A stretch of 60,977 nt of DNA, filler included, from Hausera hauseri (lineage: Eukaryota): NCBI GenBank assembly GCA_046269625.1. It is 12 parts of 12 records of this genome, joined end to end, with 100 filler letters (N's around TTAATTAATTAA, not from the genome) between each part and the next. Parts side by side here need not be neighbours in the genome. Positions count along the whole stretch, not along the records: positions 1 to 4,394 come from JBJURY010603777.1; positions 4,495 to 9,203 come from JBJURY010465800.1; positions 9,304 to 14,777 come from JBJURY010246627.1; 9 more parts are not named here. One strand, given 5' to 3'. The notes below the pieces were generated by a model, which worked only from the letters and a program-made list of their open reading frames with translations, was not told the origin of the DNA and made no database searches. The translations under genes and the position numbers were made by a program. Shown here in pieces: positions 1 to 12,300 of this stretch (positions are counted from its first letter, which is position 1; the number at the start of each line of letters is the position of its first letter).

Positions 1-541
1 ACTTACTTTTTGTTATTTTGACTGTAACGTTTGAAAGTAGGATTTAAGGAAATAAATTGCTATTTGAAAGAACTTTTGAATATTGCATGGGTATGTTCTA
101 ATTGTTGCTGATCATTTTATATTATAGTAAGGCATTTGCAGCAATTACATCGTTTTCTATCATGGAAATAGAGGATTATAACTTAAATTTTACATCCAGC
201 AATCAAAACTTTTTTATTTAAACAACATAAAATTGGTGTTCATGGATACGTCTTACACCCCCTCTTGATGTCTTCTTATAACTGGGAAAGCTCGCATTTA
301 TCGTGCCAAGCCGGAGTGCACTAAGGACTTTGTGATCTGTTCGATTCGTTAACCTGAAACGAGCTACCATCTAATACGGAATTTGCTTCTTCCATGTCTG
401 CATCATGATTTCTCCGCTCATGGTTTGTATGACGTGGAATTCCATCTACTTCCTGATATACTCTGGATACCATTCGCGATATCCACTGCTGTGTAAGCAG
501 GGGAAAAAGAGCGTTCTAGTTCAAGGGAGAAGGTTCCACCC

Positions 542-652
542 ACTCATCACGTGACCCATTACGTGATGAGTTGGCGGATCACGTGCTGCTCGTGACGCGT
601 GAGTGTATCATGTGACTATCACGTGATTGGTAAGTCACATGACATACATGAC
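542..652. repeat. Cluster of CACGTG/CATGTG (E-box-like) motifs including an 11-bp inverted repeat
   Basis: TCACGTGA 547-554, ATCACGTG 578-585, TCATGTGA 608-615, ATCACGTGAT 618-627, GTCACATGAC 634-643 plus variants. ACTCATCACGT/ACGTGATGAGT stem at 542-571. Confidence 0.7.
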
Positions 653-699
653 AGTTTTTAACATGTCAGCATTTTTGACAATTGTGATCACGGACAACA

Positions 700-850
700 C
701 CATTTCTTACCTATCTGATTGTAACAAACATTTGAAAAAAATTCTCTGACCCAGTTTCAGACAACCCCATTTCTTTACCTATCTGGCATTTGTGAAAAAA
801 ACACCTGACCCAGTTTCTGAAAACATTATTTTCCCCAACCTATCTGACTG
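700..850 (+). repeat. Imperfect direct repeat, about 60-70 bp unit, about 2.5 copies
   Basis: ACCTATCTG occurs three times and CTGACCCAGTTTC twice at regular spacing. Confidence 0.6.
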
Positions 851-1042
851 GAAAGGTCAGAATAAACAACATACATAAAATGAGGAACAGAAAAAAAAAC
901 AAAACTCATCAAAAGAATAAAAATATATTGACATAGTATGTACAAGTCATCTTTATAATTACCATAATCATCATCATCATCAGTTATCAATCAGATCAGC
1001 TTGTTGTTGTTGTTGATGATGATGACGATAATGAAGATCACA

Positions 1043-1204
1043 ATATCCATGGGCTCACGTACATATGCCATCATGTAAAATCAGTCTCTTGTTATTAAAA
1101 GAACTGAGGGATTTCTTGTTCTGGTCAACTGTTGCGACAAAATTCCGTAGAGATCGGATGGACTTCATCGATGAAAGGAGCACCGTTTCGTTCTTTAGGC
1201 AATC
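1043..1204 (-). pseudogene. C-terminal fragment of a Polinton-type protein-primed DNA polymerase B
   Basis: DCLKNETVLLSSMKSIRSLRNFVATVDQNKKSLSSFNNKRLILHDGICT*AHGY matches the Polinton pPolB tail (IRS..H.V.T..QNKKALS.FDDKR.IL.DGI.T..YGH), with one in-frame stop. Confidence 0.75.
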
Positions 1205-1955
1205 CACATTGTGGTGCCCACAGCAACCGGTGCCCTTTGGCCCATTTGGTCGGGCACGGCTGGGCCTCCGTTGCCGCCGCGTGGGGCCCATAGGCGGGCC
1301 CCCGATCCTCCGCCTCGAAGGAGTACAGAAAACTACAACTGAAATCCAATTTCACAAATTTCAAGTTAGCATTAGAAGGTACGTTTTATATGTATGACGT
1401 CAAAATTGAAAATAAAATTTTAAGAACAAAGCTTGAACCTTTTACTCAGTTATCAGCAAAAATGGACAGCCATTTTGTTATGACGGTCGTCGGTTGTTTA
1501 CCACCACGAAATGGAAGCAGATGGATATTGAAACGTTTACACTAAATGATGTGCAAATATCACTGAGATCGTTGACGGATTTTCTGAAGGATACAGAACC
1601 TTATTATTAGATGGTCAACATTATTCTCAATAATGTGCAATTTTTCATGGGTCAAGAACGTATTGGTCGGCAGTTTTTCATAAAATCTAGCTTGGAAAGC
1701 CAACAATTGCGAATCGGCCCTGCATTTTTTTGAATGGAGAATTTTAAAATATCAGGAGGTTTTACGACTACATTGTCAAGAGGAACCACCGACGGAAATA
1801 AACCATGTAACTTTTTATATTTGGAGCGATTCAATCGAGTGCTTAATGATAACACGGTGGCTAATGTGTGTTCAAGAAATGAAATTGACGGTCTCATCGG
1901 TCGAGATGTTATAACAAAACATAGCAATGACAAATCTGTTTTTCACATAATCATT

Positions 1956-2920
1956 ATGGTCTGTTCCTTTCTCAAAGCACTGAATGTCAGCAAAATTGTT
2001 CTTCGAAACTTATCATTGTCTACTGCACGCAATGATGCTATAAAGATATCTGATTTAAGTGAATTACAAAAACTATCTCGACTTTCCTTTCAAAATGTAA
2101 AGAAGCATTAGTAAAATTCCCAAACATCCAAGAGGCCCAGGAATGGTTGAAATCAGAAGCTTTGCAACATGGATGGACGAAAATTGGGAATTTATCCAAC
2201 AGGCCAATGTCAAATTGGTTAATTGGTCTACACATTGGAAACGTTGGAAAATACACAACAGATGCTGTTATGTTGGAATTGAATTGCGAAACGGATTTCG
2301 CTGCTAGAAATCAAAATTTCCACAAATTACTCAACAAAACAACATATGCTGTATTTAAACATTTTTTAGAAGTAATTTTTATCGAGAATCCCAATGGATT
2401 AATGCCCAGTTAGTTGGAACCATTTAGATGTCGCCGTCTCGATTCTGCGGAATTGGCTGATTTGCGATACGTCGATGAGGATACGTCAAAATCGATAAAG
2501 TTGAACGATGTAGTCGTTTCGGAAATCGGATTCGTTGGCGAAAATATATGGTTGCGAAGGGCGGTCGGTTTACGGACAGATCAAAAAACATTACACCATC
2601 AAAAATTCGAAAACTCAGAACTAAAGATGATTTTAAGAACTTTTATATTAACGTTGGGAAAAAACGAATGGAAATCAGTCTCACACTGAAACCCGAGTTA
2701 TTCAAGGACAAATCAATTCTAGCACTTTTGGAAACCAACAAAAAGGAAATGAATGCGTCGTCAAATGTCGAAAAACCTGTTCTAGAAAGTCAAGAAAGCG
2801 TGGGTAGATTCTGAATTAAATATTCCGTTAAGTTTGTCTGTAAATGATATCCTCTAAATTGTAACAAACATCGTGAACTACATTTTATTTGACATAACGG
2901 AATTGATGAACTTATGAGAA
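1956..2920 (+). pseudogene. TSFM: Mitochondrial elongation factor Ts, frameshifted copy
   Basis: Presequence-like N-terminus; UBA-like SKCKEALVKFPNIQEAQEWLKSEALQHGWTK; hallmark ELNCETDFAARN; IGFVGENIWLRRA. Frameshift near 2090 and more after about 2600. A probable phase-0 42-nt intron at 2372-2413 removes the TAG. Confidence 0.8.
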
Positions 2921-3472
2921 GCATTACGAGTTTTTTATTGAATAAAATTTATCACAAATTGTCGTTAGCATTTCCAAACAGCGCCAGATACTAGACGTCT
3001 GCGGCATTTTACACAGACACAGCAATGCACTCACTCATCCTTGTGTCACACACACACACGCCGGTCCGATGTCTCACTCAATAACGCCATGTGGATTTAG
3101 TCATTCAACCGATATTTATCCAATCTGTCTGAAATTTAGAAATGTGGTAAACTGCAAGGTGGTTCATTTTACTAGGACAAATCTTTCACAAACATGTGGT
3201 TGTACCTATTCCATAACCGGTAAAATCTACAAAATATACATGCCATGTTATAAGCCGGCTGTATGTTTATGACAATATTTTCAATGTCTTTGATGTAAAA
3301 TGAACAGGTTTTCGTTTGGATTATACACGAGATTTTAATGGATTTATTTATGAATGATTCTTTTTTATTGAATAGGATGTTCTTGTTTAAATAAAGTTTT
3401 TTTTACCATGGAGTTTAAATTTTTAAGTTGCATACGCCATGTTTACAGATTCAATTTTTGCAATTGTGAGTT

Positions 3473-3760
3473 TTGGCCATGGGCACGTTCGAATCCCATC
3501 CAATTCGCGAGTTGCGTCGACAGTTATGTTGTACATATTGCTCGACGTCGCTAAATTCATTTGGTACCTGTGTTGTTCATTACAATGACAAGAAACACAA
3601 ACGACGGATGGGACTTTTCGGTGATCAACATGTTTTATATTTTGATCCACGATTGCGACAAGATCGCTCGATGAAACTGGACAATCTCTACTGTAACGTT
3701 TACAATCAACTTTCTGACATTTGTATATGGTTTGTAGTACATGAGTAAAGTAAAATGGAC
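3473..3760 (+). pseudogene. Matrin/JAZ-type C2H2 zinc-finger gene fragment
   Basis: CTYCSTSLNSFGTCVVHYNDKKHKRR fits C-x2-C-x12-H-x5-H. A second degenerate finger (YCNVYNQ...VHE*SK) contains a stop. Confidence 0.55.
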
Positions 3761-4394
3761 GATGATAGATAGGATTTATATAGATCCGTCTCCAACACGG
3801 ACAGTAATTTGTGTCAGAAGATTTTTCCGATATGTCCTGCTGCTCGGACGTCTACAAGTTGGACAACCATTTTTTTACGAAGATAGGATTTTTTCGTTAC
3901 ATTTTCACGATTTCTAAACATTACTGTATCCTTGATAAAAAGTATGGATTGAAAGGAGAAAGCGTTAAATTGCAATTTTCTGGACATGTTTTTGAATAAC
4001 TTAGACCAGGTCCTCTTGAAACCGGCGAGACCATTTTTAAACTTTGTAAATACTATTGGCTGAAACAAAAAGCAAATAGTAATAAATACATTGATGATGT
4101 TAGAAACAAAAAGGACATCAAAATGTCAACGAACTCTGCCCCATGGCCTAATTATTATCGAACAACAATCAATAATGATTTAATTATTCGTGAATTGAAG
4201 GACGAATACTTTCGATTAAAATATTATGTAAAGAATATTGATCAACTGGCACAAATATTTGCCGATCCAAATTGCCGTCTTCTTGTTGATGAAAGTCCTG
4301 TTGATGTCTTTGTTACAAGGATGATAATAAGAAATTGTGAATTGGTAGTTCCTGTCGGATCTCGAATAATGAAAACATCGTCGGCTGTTTTTTA

Positions 4395-4494
4395 NNNNNN
4401 NNNNNNNNNNNNNNNNNNNNNNNNNNNNNNNNNNNNNNTTAATTAATTAANNNNNNNNNNNNNNNNNNNNNNNNNNNNNNNNNNNNNNNNNNNN
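4395..4494. other. Artificial contig spacer (first of 11)
   Basis: Exactly 44 N + TTAATTAATTAA (stops in all six frames) + 44 N. Identical spacers at 9204-9303, 14778-14877, 18951-19050, 23068-23167, 30490-30589, 35168-35267, 42121-42220, 46177-46276, 50283-50382 and 54486-54585. Confidence 0.98.
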
Positions 4495-6780
4495 AAAAGA
4501 AAATTCTCCAAAAACAAAAGATCGCAATAGCTGACGTATCAATAGGAAAAGTTCTGGACAAGCTGTCGATTATTTTCAAAGGTTGCAATCTCGAACAATC
4601 GTTGTTTGATACGACAATTCACGCTATATTCCGATTTTTCATCCGTTTTGAATGTTTTGAAGAATAGAGATTTTCTGACGAAACACAAGAAAAACCGTCT
4701 TCAAATTGCCATTGCATCAGATTTAATTGGCAACAATGAGTTTACCGAATCCGTCGAATTGGACAAACGAATGAAATTAATCAATTCGTGTTGGAATAAT
4801 TCCGAATTGTGGAAAAATTTGTTCTATCATGTTCAGAAAAAATCCGATCTCAAGAATCCATACAAAGAATTCGTAAATTCTCTTGTCAAGAAGACCAAAT
4901 CGAAACAAGCAACAGAAGAAACTGAAGAACAGAACATAACCAAACGTATCCACAACCGTCTATTGGGGATTCTCCTCACCCAATCCGATTTCATCGCCAA
5001 GGAATCGGCTGTTCTTCCAGTTTTGCGTATTTCCAGTGTATTACTGAACAACGCTAATGACAACAATCTTGTTCTATCGTATTTCCAGTTATTGAAACAT
5101 TGGAATGACAAAACCACCGAAACGACCAAAAAAATTTATTGTCTGGAACAAATGGCAGTGGCATTCTCACGTACCGGCGAACATACAGCCGAAATACTCG
5201 ATTATCCCGCTGTTCTAAATATCCAATTCAATCATACTGTCAATCAAACACCTGTCAACAGTTCTGTACAGTTGGCCGCCCGCCATGCACTGTACAACCG
5301 TCTCGATGTGTTAAAATTGTCACAACACCGACAATCTCAAATCTCTGCTCGTCAGTATAAAACGGGTGTACGAGCAAAATTCGATGGTATTGAAAGTCTT
5401 TAACAAAGTATTGACGTTCTGGTCGAGTTCGGAAAAGTGAAAAAAAAAAACGTTCGCATACCAAATTGTAACAGTTGAGTTTGGATTTGTCGAATGAACA
5501 GAACTTGATGTTTCTGTCGTTGATGGGCAGTTTGTGCTTTTATATTGGCTCTGGAGTTGGATGAAGAACTCTTCGAAATTATTGACGATTTATGAACGTC
5601 TGACCGAATCCATGTCATTCAAAGTCAATAGACAGCCGAGTAAAAAAAAACAAAAGTTAAGAACGAACAACGATAAGTCGGAAGTCGAAAATACCAATTG
5701 GAGGTTGGTATTTACTGACGTCTTAATTTTACTGTTGGAACAAGACTGTCACTATTTGAGAAATTCAGCCGTTCGAACATTTCAGCAGTTTACCAAAAGT
5801 GGCTATTGCAATTCATCCGTCATTAGTCATGTAGATGATTCAATTGCTAGCATTTTCCAATCAGAGGATTCAGGTGATAAGTCGATTAAAGGAATTTCTA
5901 AGGAAACGTAAGAGGTATCAAACGATAAGTCAAAAGAGGAATCAGACGAAGAGAGTGAGGATAATAATGAGAGTTGTGAAGGGGATGAGGAAGTTAGAAA
6001 TCGAATTATCTCGGCACTTGGATCCTTTCAGGCGGATGTAGATAGTAGTGATGATTATAACTGTCCAGATACTAAAGGTCATGATATCAGTGACGATGGT
6101 AGCGACAAAAATGCGGATACATCGCTCTTTAATGAACCAAAACAATCTTTGAAATAGACGAAATGCTTTGGTAAACAGGCAGTTCAGAAATCGATGCCTA
6201 GATATGCTGGAGATTGTTGTTGTGTATGATCCTCAATTTGATAACAGAATGCAAGCACTATCTACAATTCTATCTTTACTGCGAAAATCCGATGTTGACA
6301 TTGAAAATCATTTTGTCAAAATCGCCAACGATTTTAAACCCAAAGGCGAATATACCACAGAGCATATTACAAAGTATTTCACGAACCTCATCACCGTGGC
6401 TATGACATGTAAACTCACCGAATTTTATCAAAGGCACTGAACTATATTTTGTGCACTTGTTCCCGTTGGCGTTGTTTTTAAAATGGCGGTGTCTGTTCGG
6501 TTTTCTCAAAGCGCAGAGCTCTAACGATCCCGTGCTCTACAGCTGTTCTGGAGCCAGGACTTAAAAAAAGGTCGGTGAATTTGATATATTTCCATTCCAT
6601 ACATTTATTCATGGATCTTAGATTTCGTAATTTTGTCGTACATCTCAGCTCACCTGAGCATATTTACCGTCGACGCTTCATTAAATTTGCGGACTGAGTC
6701 GTTGGTTAACGAAATGCCTGTTGATTCATTGAGGGACAAATTGTTAGAAAGACATTCATCAAGATTATGGAAAACTAATG
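4495..6780 (+). pseudogene. MYBBP1A: MYB-binding protein 1A / Pol5-like nucleolar protein, frameshifted copy
   Basis: WRLVFTDVLILLLEQDCHYLRNSAVRTFQQF, an acidic D/E/S tract, then RQFRNRCLDMLEIVV, in the order seen in MYBBP1A/Pol5. Split over ORFs 4606-5403, 5534-5911 and 6168-6440 by frameshifts and stops. Probable 51-nt intron at 6571-6621. Confidence 0.65.
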
Positions 6781-6849
6781 CCGTACATAAACCGAGCTGC
6801 AGTCGCAGGACATCTTTCCTAGTGCTTACCGCCCTGGTTTGGCAAATCG

Positions 6850-9203
6850 ACTGTTATACCAAAGGGATTTTGCACGCGCCTGTACCGTACGCACCACACT
6901 GCACACCCGACTTATGCGACAATTTCGTCCCACTTGTCCTATTATTTGAAAATAAACACACAAACTTACTACATTCATAAATTAGCAACAATTGCAAAAT
7001 TATCAGGCGTCCTACAGCTACAAACAGCTTTCACTAATTTCCATCTCAGCTTTAACGGATTTTTCCTTAAACAATCAGACATAATAACAAGTTACACCCA
7101 TTTATCCTTAACACCTATACTGACCGCAAACCACCGTTTTTTATGCCAATCTGATCCAAATGCATCTCCAGAGGACCAACAAGATTTTGTCGATATTCCA
7201 ACTATAAGTATACCGTTAAATTCACCTCTACCTCCTGCGTCTACTGTAAATCTGCCTCGCGTAGAATACTTCACCGACAAACAACACTAGTCGAACGTTG
7301 TTGGACTTTCATGCAGCTTGGTTGAAGTCAAATAATATTGTCGATTTATTCCTTAAAGCAAACAGTTTGCTTATACTCTTGCTTTCTAACATTAAGCCGC
7401 AGCTTCCCAATTTATCGGAAATTTTCCATAATAGTGACTCATAAAACACTAATTCTATTTTAAAAATCACCGAACCATCTCTAGATAACATTATCCATAA
7501 ATATTTTAATGACAACACCATAGGAACAATGAAACCCTCAGAATTTCTACAAACCTAACTAACTCAATTGAATACCCTTTGCGTTAATCAAGCAAATAAC
7601 GCCGATTTACTACGGAAGTATTTTCTACAGTCTTTAACAAGAGGCATACGCGCACTATTAACAATAGTAGAGGACACATCGTCACTATAAAAACTAGCAC
7701 AACTGGCTGACAAAAGCCACGAGATATTACATGCACATACAGCCCCATTATTAGCCGCTACGTTGCATGCCCCAACTACTCAACAAGCTAGTGATATAGC
7801 TAATCTAAACTTAGATAAATTCTTTACGTGCCGAAAACGCCAACATACATGAAGTAATTTCTGTACTCACGTCAAAAATCGAAGCTTTGACCATGCCTAG
7901 AGGAAATCGCCCCGATGCGAGCCATAGCCGCACCTCATCACAAAATTCAAGGCATGCGAGATCACCTACACGGTCAACGGTGTGTTACTACCACACCAAA
8001 TTTAAAGCAACTCCACTAAATGCTGCTTAGGTTGCAGATTTTATGCTCCCCATTTCAAACGACCTGACATTATCTGTATTTATCATAAGAAATTTAATTC
8101 TAAAGCACTTAACCGCGTTACAGGTTGCACTTTTGCTAACTGGTCTAATTCACCACTACCTACCTTTTACAACGATATAAATCCTGTGCCTCTAAAAACT
8201 CAAAGCCTCCAGATGTTTCGGCACATGCTGGTACAGGCAAACGTTTTCATCATGATAGCCCTACTTATGCCGTTTTTACACTAAAAGCTTCTGTAACTTC
8301 CGTAGCCAATCAACCCATCAACTTCCTAATTGACGCTGGCGCTGCCGTTTCTTTGTTACCACATCACTCAAAACACCATTCATCTTACCATCTGAAACTA
8401 AATTATACATAACTGACAGCCAAACTTTACGCATTTTCGGCACGTCCAAGGTTTCATTCACTTTACCACCTTTCCCCGACATCTTCAATTGGCCATTCGT
8501 CGTTGCCGACAAAATCTCCAATACTTGGTTCTGATTTCTTACCTTTCTACAACCTCCTTGTAGATTGTAGACAACGTCGAATCATAAAAATCCGTTCAAC
8601 AAAACCTACCTCTACAAATAACCGACAAATCACGAAACCTATCTCGTCCATAAAATCGATATTAAAGGAACCATCAGACAACGCAAATAAGAACGCCATT
8701 AATATCAATATAAATAATTCAACGTTTTCGCTGCAATCCGGTAATAGAGGAACAAAAAGCGTTGACTCGATTTCTAGCGTTTCACACACTAAGTCCAATC
8801 AAACCACTGTCGTGACAGCAAGAGCCTTTACTTTGCTTAGCCAAGAAATGCAACAATATCTAACCAAATCGTGTTTCCATACAATTAAAAAAGACCCAGC
8901 ATTTTGACCGGCTAACACGACGTTCCATCATATCGTCACAGAAAACCTTAGGCCCGTTAGGCAGAAACTCCGCCAACTTTCACCACGCCGTCGACAAGCA
9001 GTACAAGCGGAATTCTTTGCACTCGAGAAATCTGGCATCATGAAACGCTCTAAATCACCATGGGCATTACCACTCCACGTCGTCCCAAAGAAAGATGGCA
9101 CATTCCGTCCCTGCGGTGACTATCGAAACTTAATAATGTCACAACCATGGATGCTTATCCTCTACCGTTGATTAAGGATATATTGCATTCTTTACACAAG
9201 ACT
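6850..9203 (+). mobile_element. Degenerate Ty3/Gypsy LTR retrotransposon, CsRn1-like, copy A (UBL-gag, protease, start of RT)
   Basis: Gag with two CHCC knuckles (7983-8130); protease FLIDAGAAVSLL ... PILGSDFL; RT start SPWALPLHVVPKKDGTFRPCGDYR. Many stops; truncated by the spacer. Confidence 0.9.
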
Positions 9204-9379
9204 NNNNNNNNNNNNNNNNNNNNNNNNNNNNNNNNNNNNNNNNNNNNTTAATTAATTAANNNNNNNNNNNNNNNNNNNNNNNNNNNNNNNNNNNNNNNNN
9301 NNNGTGAGTGTTGTTTATGAGGCAGAATGTTCCAATTCACTATTTGATATTTAATATCTCAACGCATTTTGTAATTCAG

Positions 9380-12300
9380 GTGCACGTTGATATCATCGAC
9401 CCCGATCTTGTATTTTGGCTGACAATGGGTGAACAAAAGTCATTTGAAGAGACGAGACTGCATTCAAGTACAACCATGTTGTATAATGGGGTATTTTATG
9501 AAATTTCAGGTCGACAACCGCACGACCTTGTACTGTCAATGGATGTTGGATGCACACAGAAAATCTGTGTCAATTTTCGTCCAAAACTGAGTGGAAAATA
9601 TTGTGCACACGTGAAGATCACAATAGTCAATAACCAATACGAGGACACGATCATTCAACTGGTGGATCATACACATAATTATTGATTATTATTGTTATTA
9701 TGGTAGATTGGTGAAGGATATGACGATTTCGTAACATTCGACAATTTGCCATTCGTAGAACCAGTATTGAAATCCATTCCAGCACCATCACAAAGCAGCA
9801 GTAAGAGTTCATCACAACAACCACAAGAAGAGGTCATCGAGGCGTCAAAGAACAATCTGCTGTATTTTGGCGACTGTTACATCAATCAACCACGGTCAAT
9901 TGGGTTCTGTCTGACGAATCATTCAACTGATACCAGTATTCGATTTGTATGGCCTAGTGGTGATGGACCAGGCAATATTCCTGTAAAATTCGTACCATCA
10001 GTTGGACATCTCCATGCTGGACAATCAGTGTACATCACAGCAACAATACATCCGACGCAATCGAAATCGTGGAATGAAAAAGTCATTCAATGCAAACTTA
10101 CAAAAATAAATCTCATTGAATTGGAGCCCGGTCAAAAAGTAATTGAAGGGATTTTTACATAAGTAGGTAGAAAATGGGAAGTCTGCACCACCCCCGGGAG
10201 GGGTGTGCGAATACCTTTGCTAGGCACATTTTTGCACATTTCACAAATCGATAGCTGCACAGTGCACAATTGATCGAATCGATCGGGATAAAGTGCTAAT
10301 CGATAGTGCACATCAAGTGCAAGAGAGGGGGGGGGTGATACAGACTTCGATTTTTGTACGATTTCAAAAATGTGGTAATTATTTATATTATTGAAAAATC
10401 GATTTTCTCTCAGCCATTAAACTGGAATGACAGCAAGAAGACCATGAAATGGGTAGACTCCGTTGTTGATGGGTACAATTGTAATAAATGTTGTATTGAT
10501 TATTGTGTCCCAGATCTGCCCTCAATAACAATACTGTTGCGCAATCTGTCAGGAAGAAAAAGGTCATTGAAACGGAACCGGAACCGAAGTTTGTTGAAGT
10601 TGCGGAAACGACACGCTCCTTGGACTTACTCGTTACTGCTAATGCCGACTACTGCAAATTTAAATGTAAAACGACTGAGATAAATTTTCTCGATACGATG
10701 CTGTTTGAGACAAGAACATTTGGGTGGGTATTAATTATGAGTAATATTACATTTTAGGGACAATTCTGAAATTAGATTTAACATCAAAAATGACGGGACA
10801 GTCAATTTTAAATATCGATGGCAAGTGAAACTGGATGAAAGTGACGTATTCACGCCACGTACTGGCAGATTGACCAGTGGCAGACACAGAAATGCAATGG
10901 ATGAGGAAATCTGTAATCCGTTCTTTGTAACTCCATTAGAAGGTGTTATTGTTGGAGGAGAGAAACAAAAAATAGAGGTACGGACGTTTGGTACATTACA
11001 TAGGGATTTAATTTGATGATATTGATCAAATGAAATATTCGCTCAATCACCAATTTATCATTCAGGTCTCCTTTAGCCCATTGGATGTTGACTTGTATCG
11101 AGCATCATTGACCTGCGCTATGGACAACCTCGATCCGTCTGCTGCCAACATTTCAATACCAATAACTGGACGATCACTTCAACCATTCTGCCATTTCGAA
11201 CTGATTGAATCAGATTATCTGGTTGCCGGTCGACGAGATCCAACATTGAGAGGACCTGGAGGTGCCCCACCAGGCAGCGGATTGAATCCCAACACGAGAG
11301 TTATCGAAATCGGTGTGATAGGCATTTCATCGAAAAATACGAAACGATTTGGGATTGTAAATCCTACAAAAAATGATTTCCATTTCCAGTGGGTGTGTGA
11401 GGATTTGCCAAATCTGAAAAGTCAGAATGCCATTCAATGTCTGACCACGAGTGGAACTATTGAAGCCGGGAAAAAGACACAGGTACCATATTCGAGTATC
11501 ATATATCGATTAATCCCTTCTAGACCGCCTTCCAATTCATTTCCCATTCCATTGGGGTGACTGAATCATTCTGGAAATTTGAGGTACCGGAAATTGGCAT
11601 AAGTGTACCATTTCTCGTCGTCGGGCAATGTTCTGAACCGAATATCACATTCGACAAATCCCATTTCACGTTCCCTGCCATTCTTGTCGGTCACGAATCA
11701 GTGAATAGTGTAGATCTGATCAATTTTGACAACCAGCCATACTCATTCTCATTCCTTGATGTCAGTCGTCATGCACCCGGGCATACAAATTCGCTGCGAA
11801 TTGAACCGATGACTGGCGTGGTGCCGCCAACTGGCACATTGCCCGTCCATATTGGATTCACAGCAAATGCCAATCAAAAATTGAATTTCAATTTGATCTG
11901 CACAGTAGAGAAGAAGACATTTCCATTAACGCTCAATGTTAAGGCAGAGGGGTATTCGATAGACAGTTCGATTTGGATGGAGGATGAAATGGGTCACAGT
12001 ACCGAGTTGGTGCCGATGATTGAGTCGACAAAGAATCCTGAACAAATTAATATTTTGGATTTCGGCAAAATGGAGGTCGGTGAAGAACAGAGTAGATGGA
12101 TAATTCTACTGAATGATGGCCGATTTAATTTTGATTTCAATTGGGAATTGAAATGGCAGGCTGATGCTAAGGGTCAGAAATTACTCACTCTGGAACCAAT
12201 GAAAGGGATGGTGATGGTCAATGATAAATTGCGATGCAAATTGACATTCAATGCTCATCAATGTCTCGGTAACGAATCAATCCAGGCCATTTTATCGATT

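Noticed and set aside
1065-1397. Plus-strand ORF over a GC-rich patch
   Set aside because: It is the antisense shadow of the pPolB fragment plus a short GC-rich junction.
4123-4394. ORF MSTNSAPWPNYY...
   Set aside because: Possibly coding, but truncated by the spacer and with no recognisable motif, so no call is supportable.
4439-4450. Recurrent palindrome TTAATTAATTAA (11 times)
   Set aside because: It is always centred in 44 N + 44 N, so it is an artificial all-frame-stop linker. Adjacency across spacers, and ORFs running into them, have no biological meaning.
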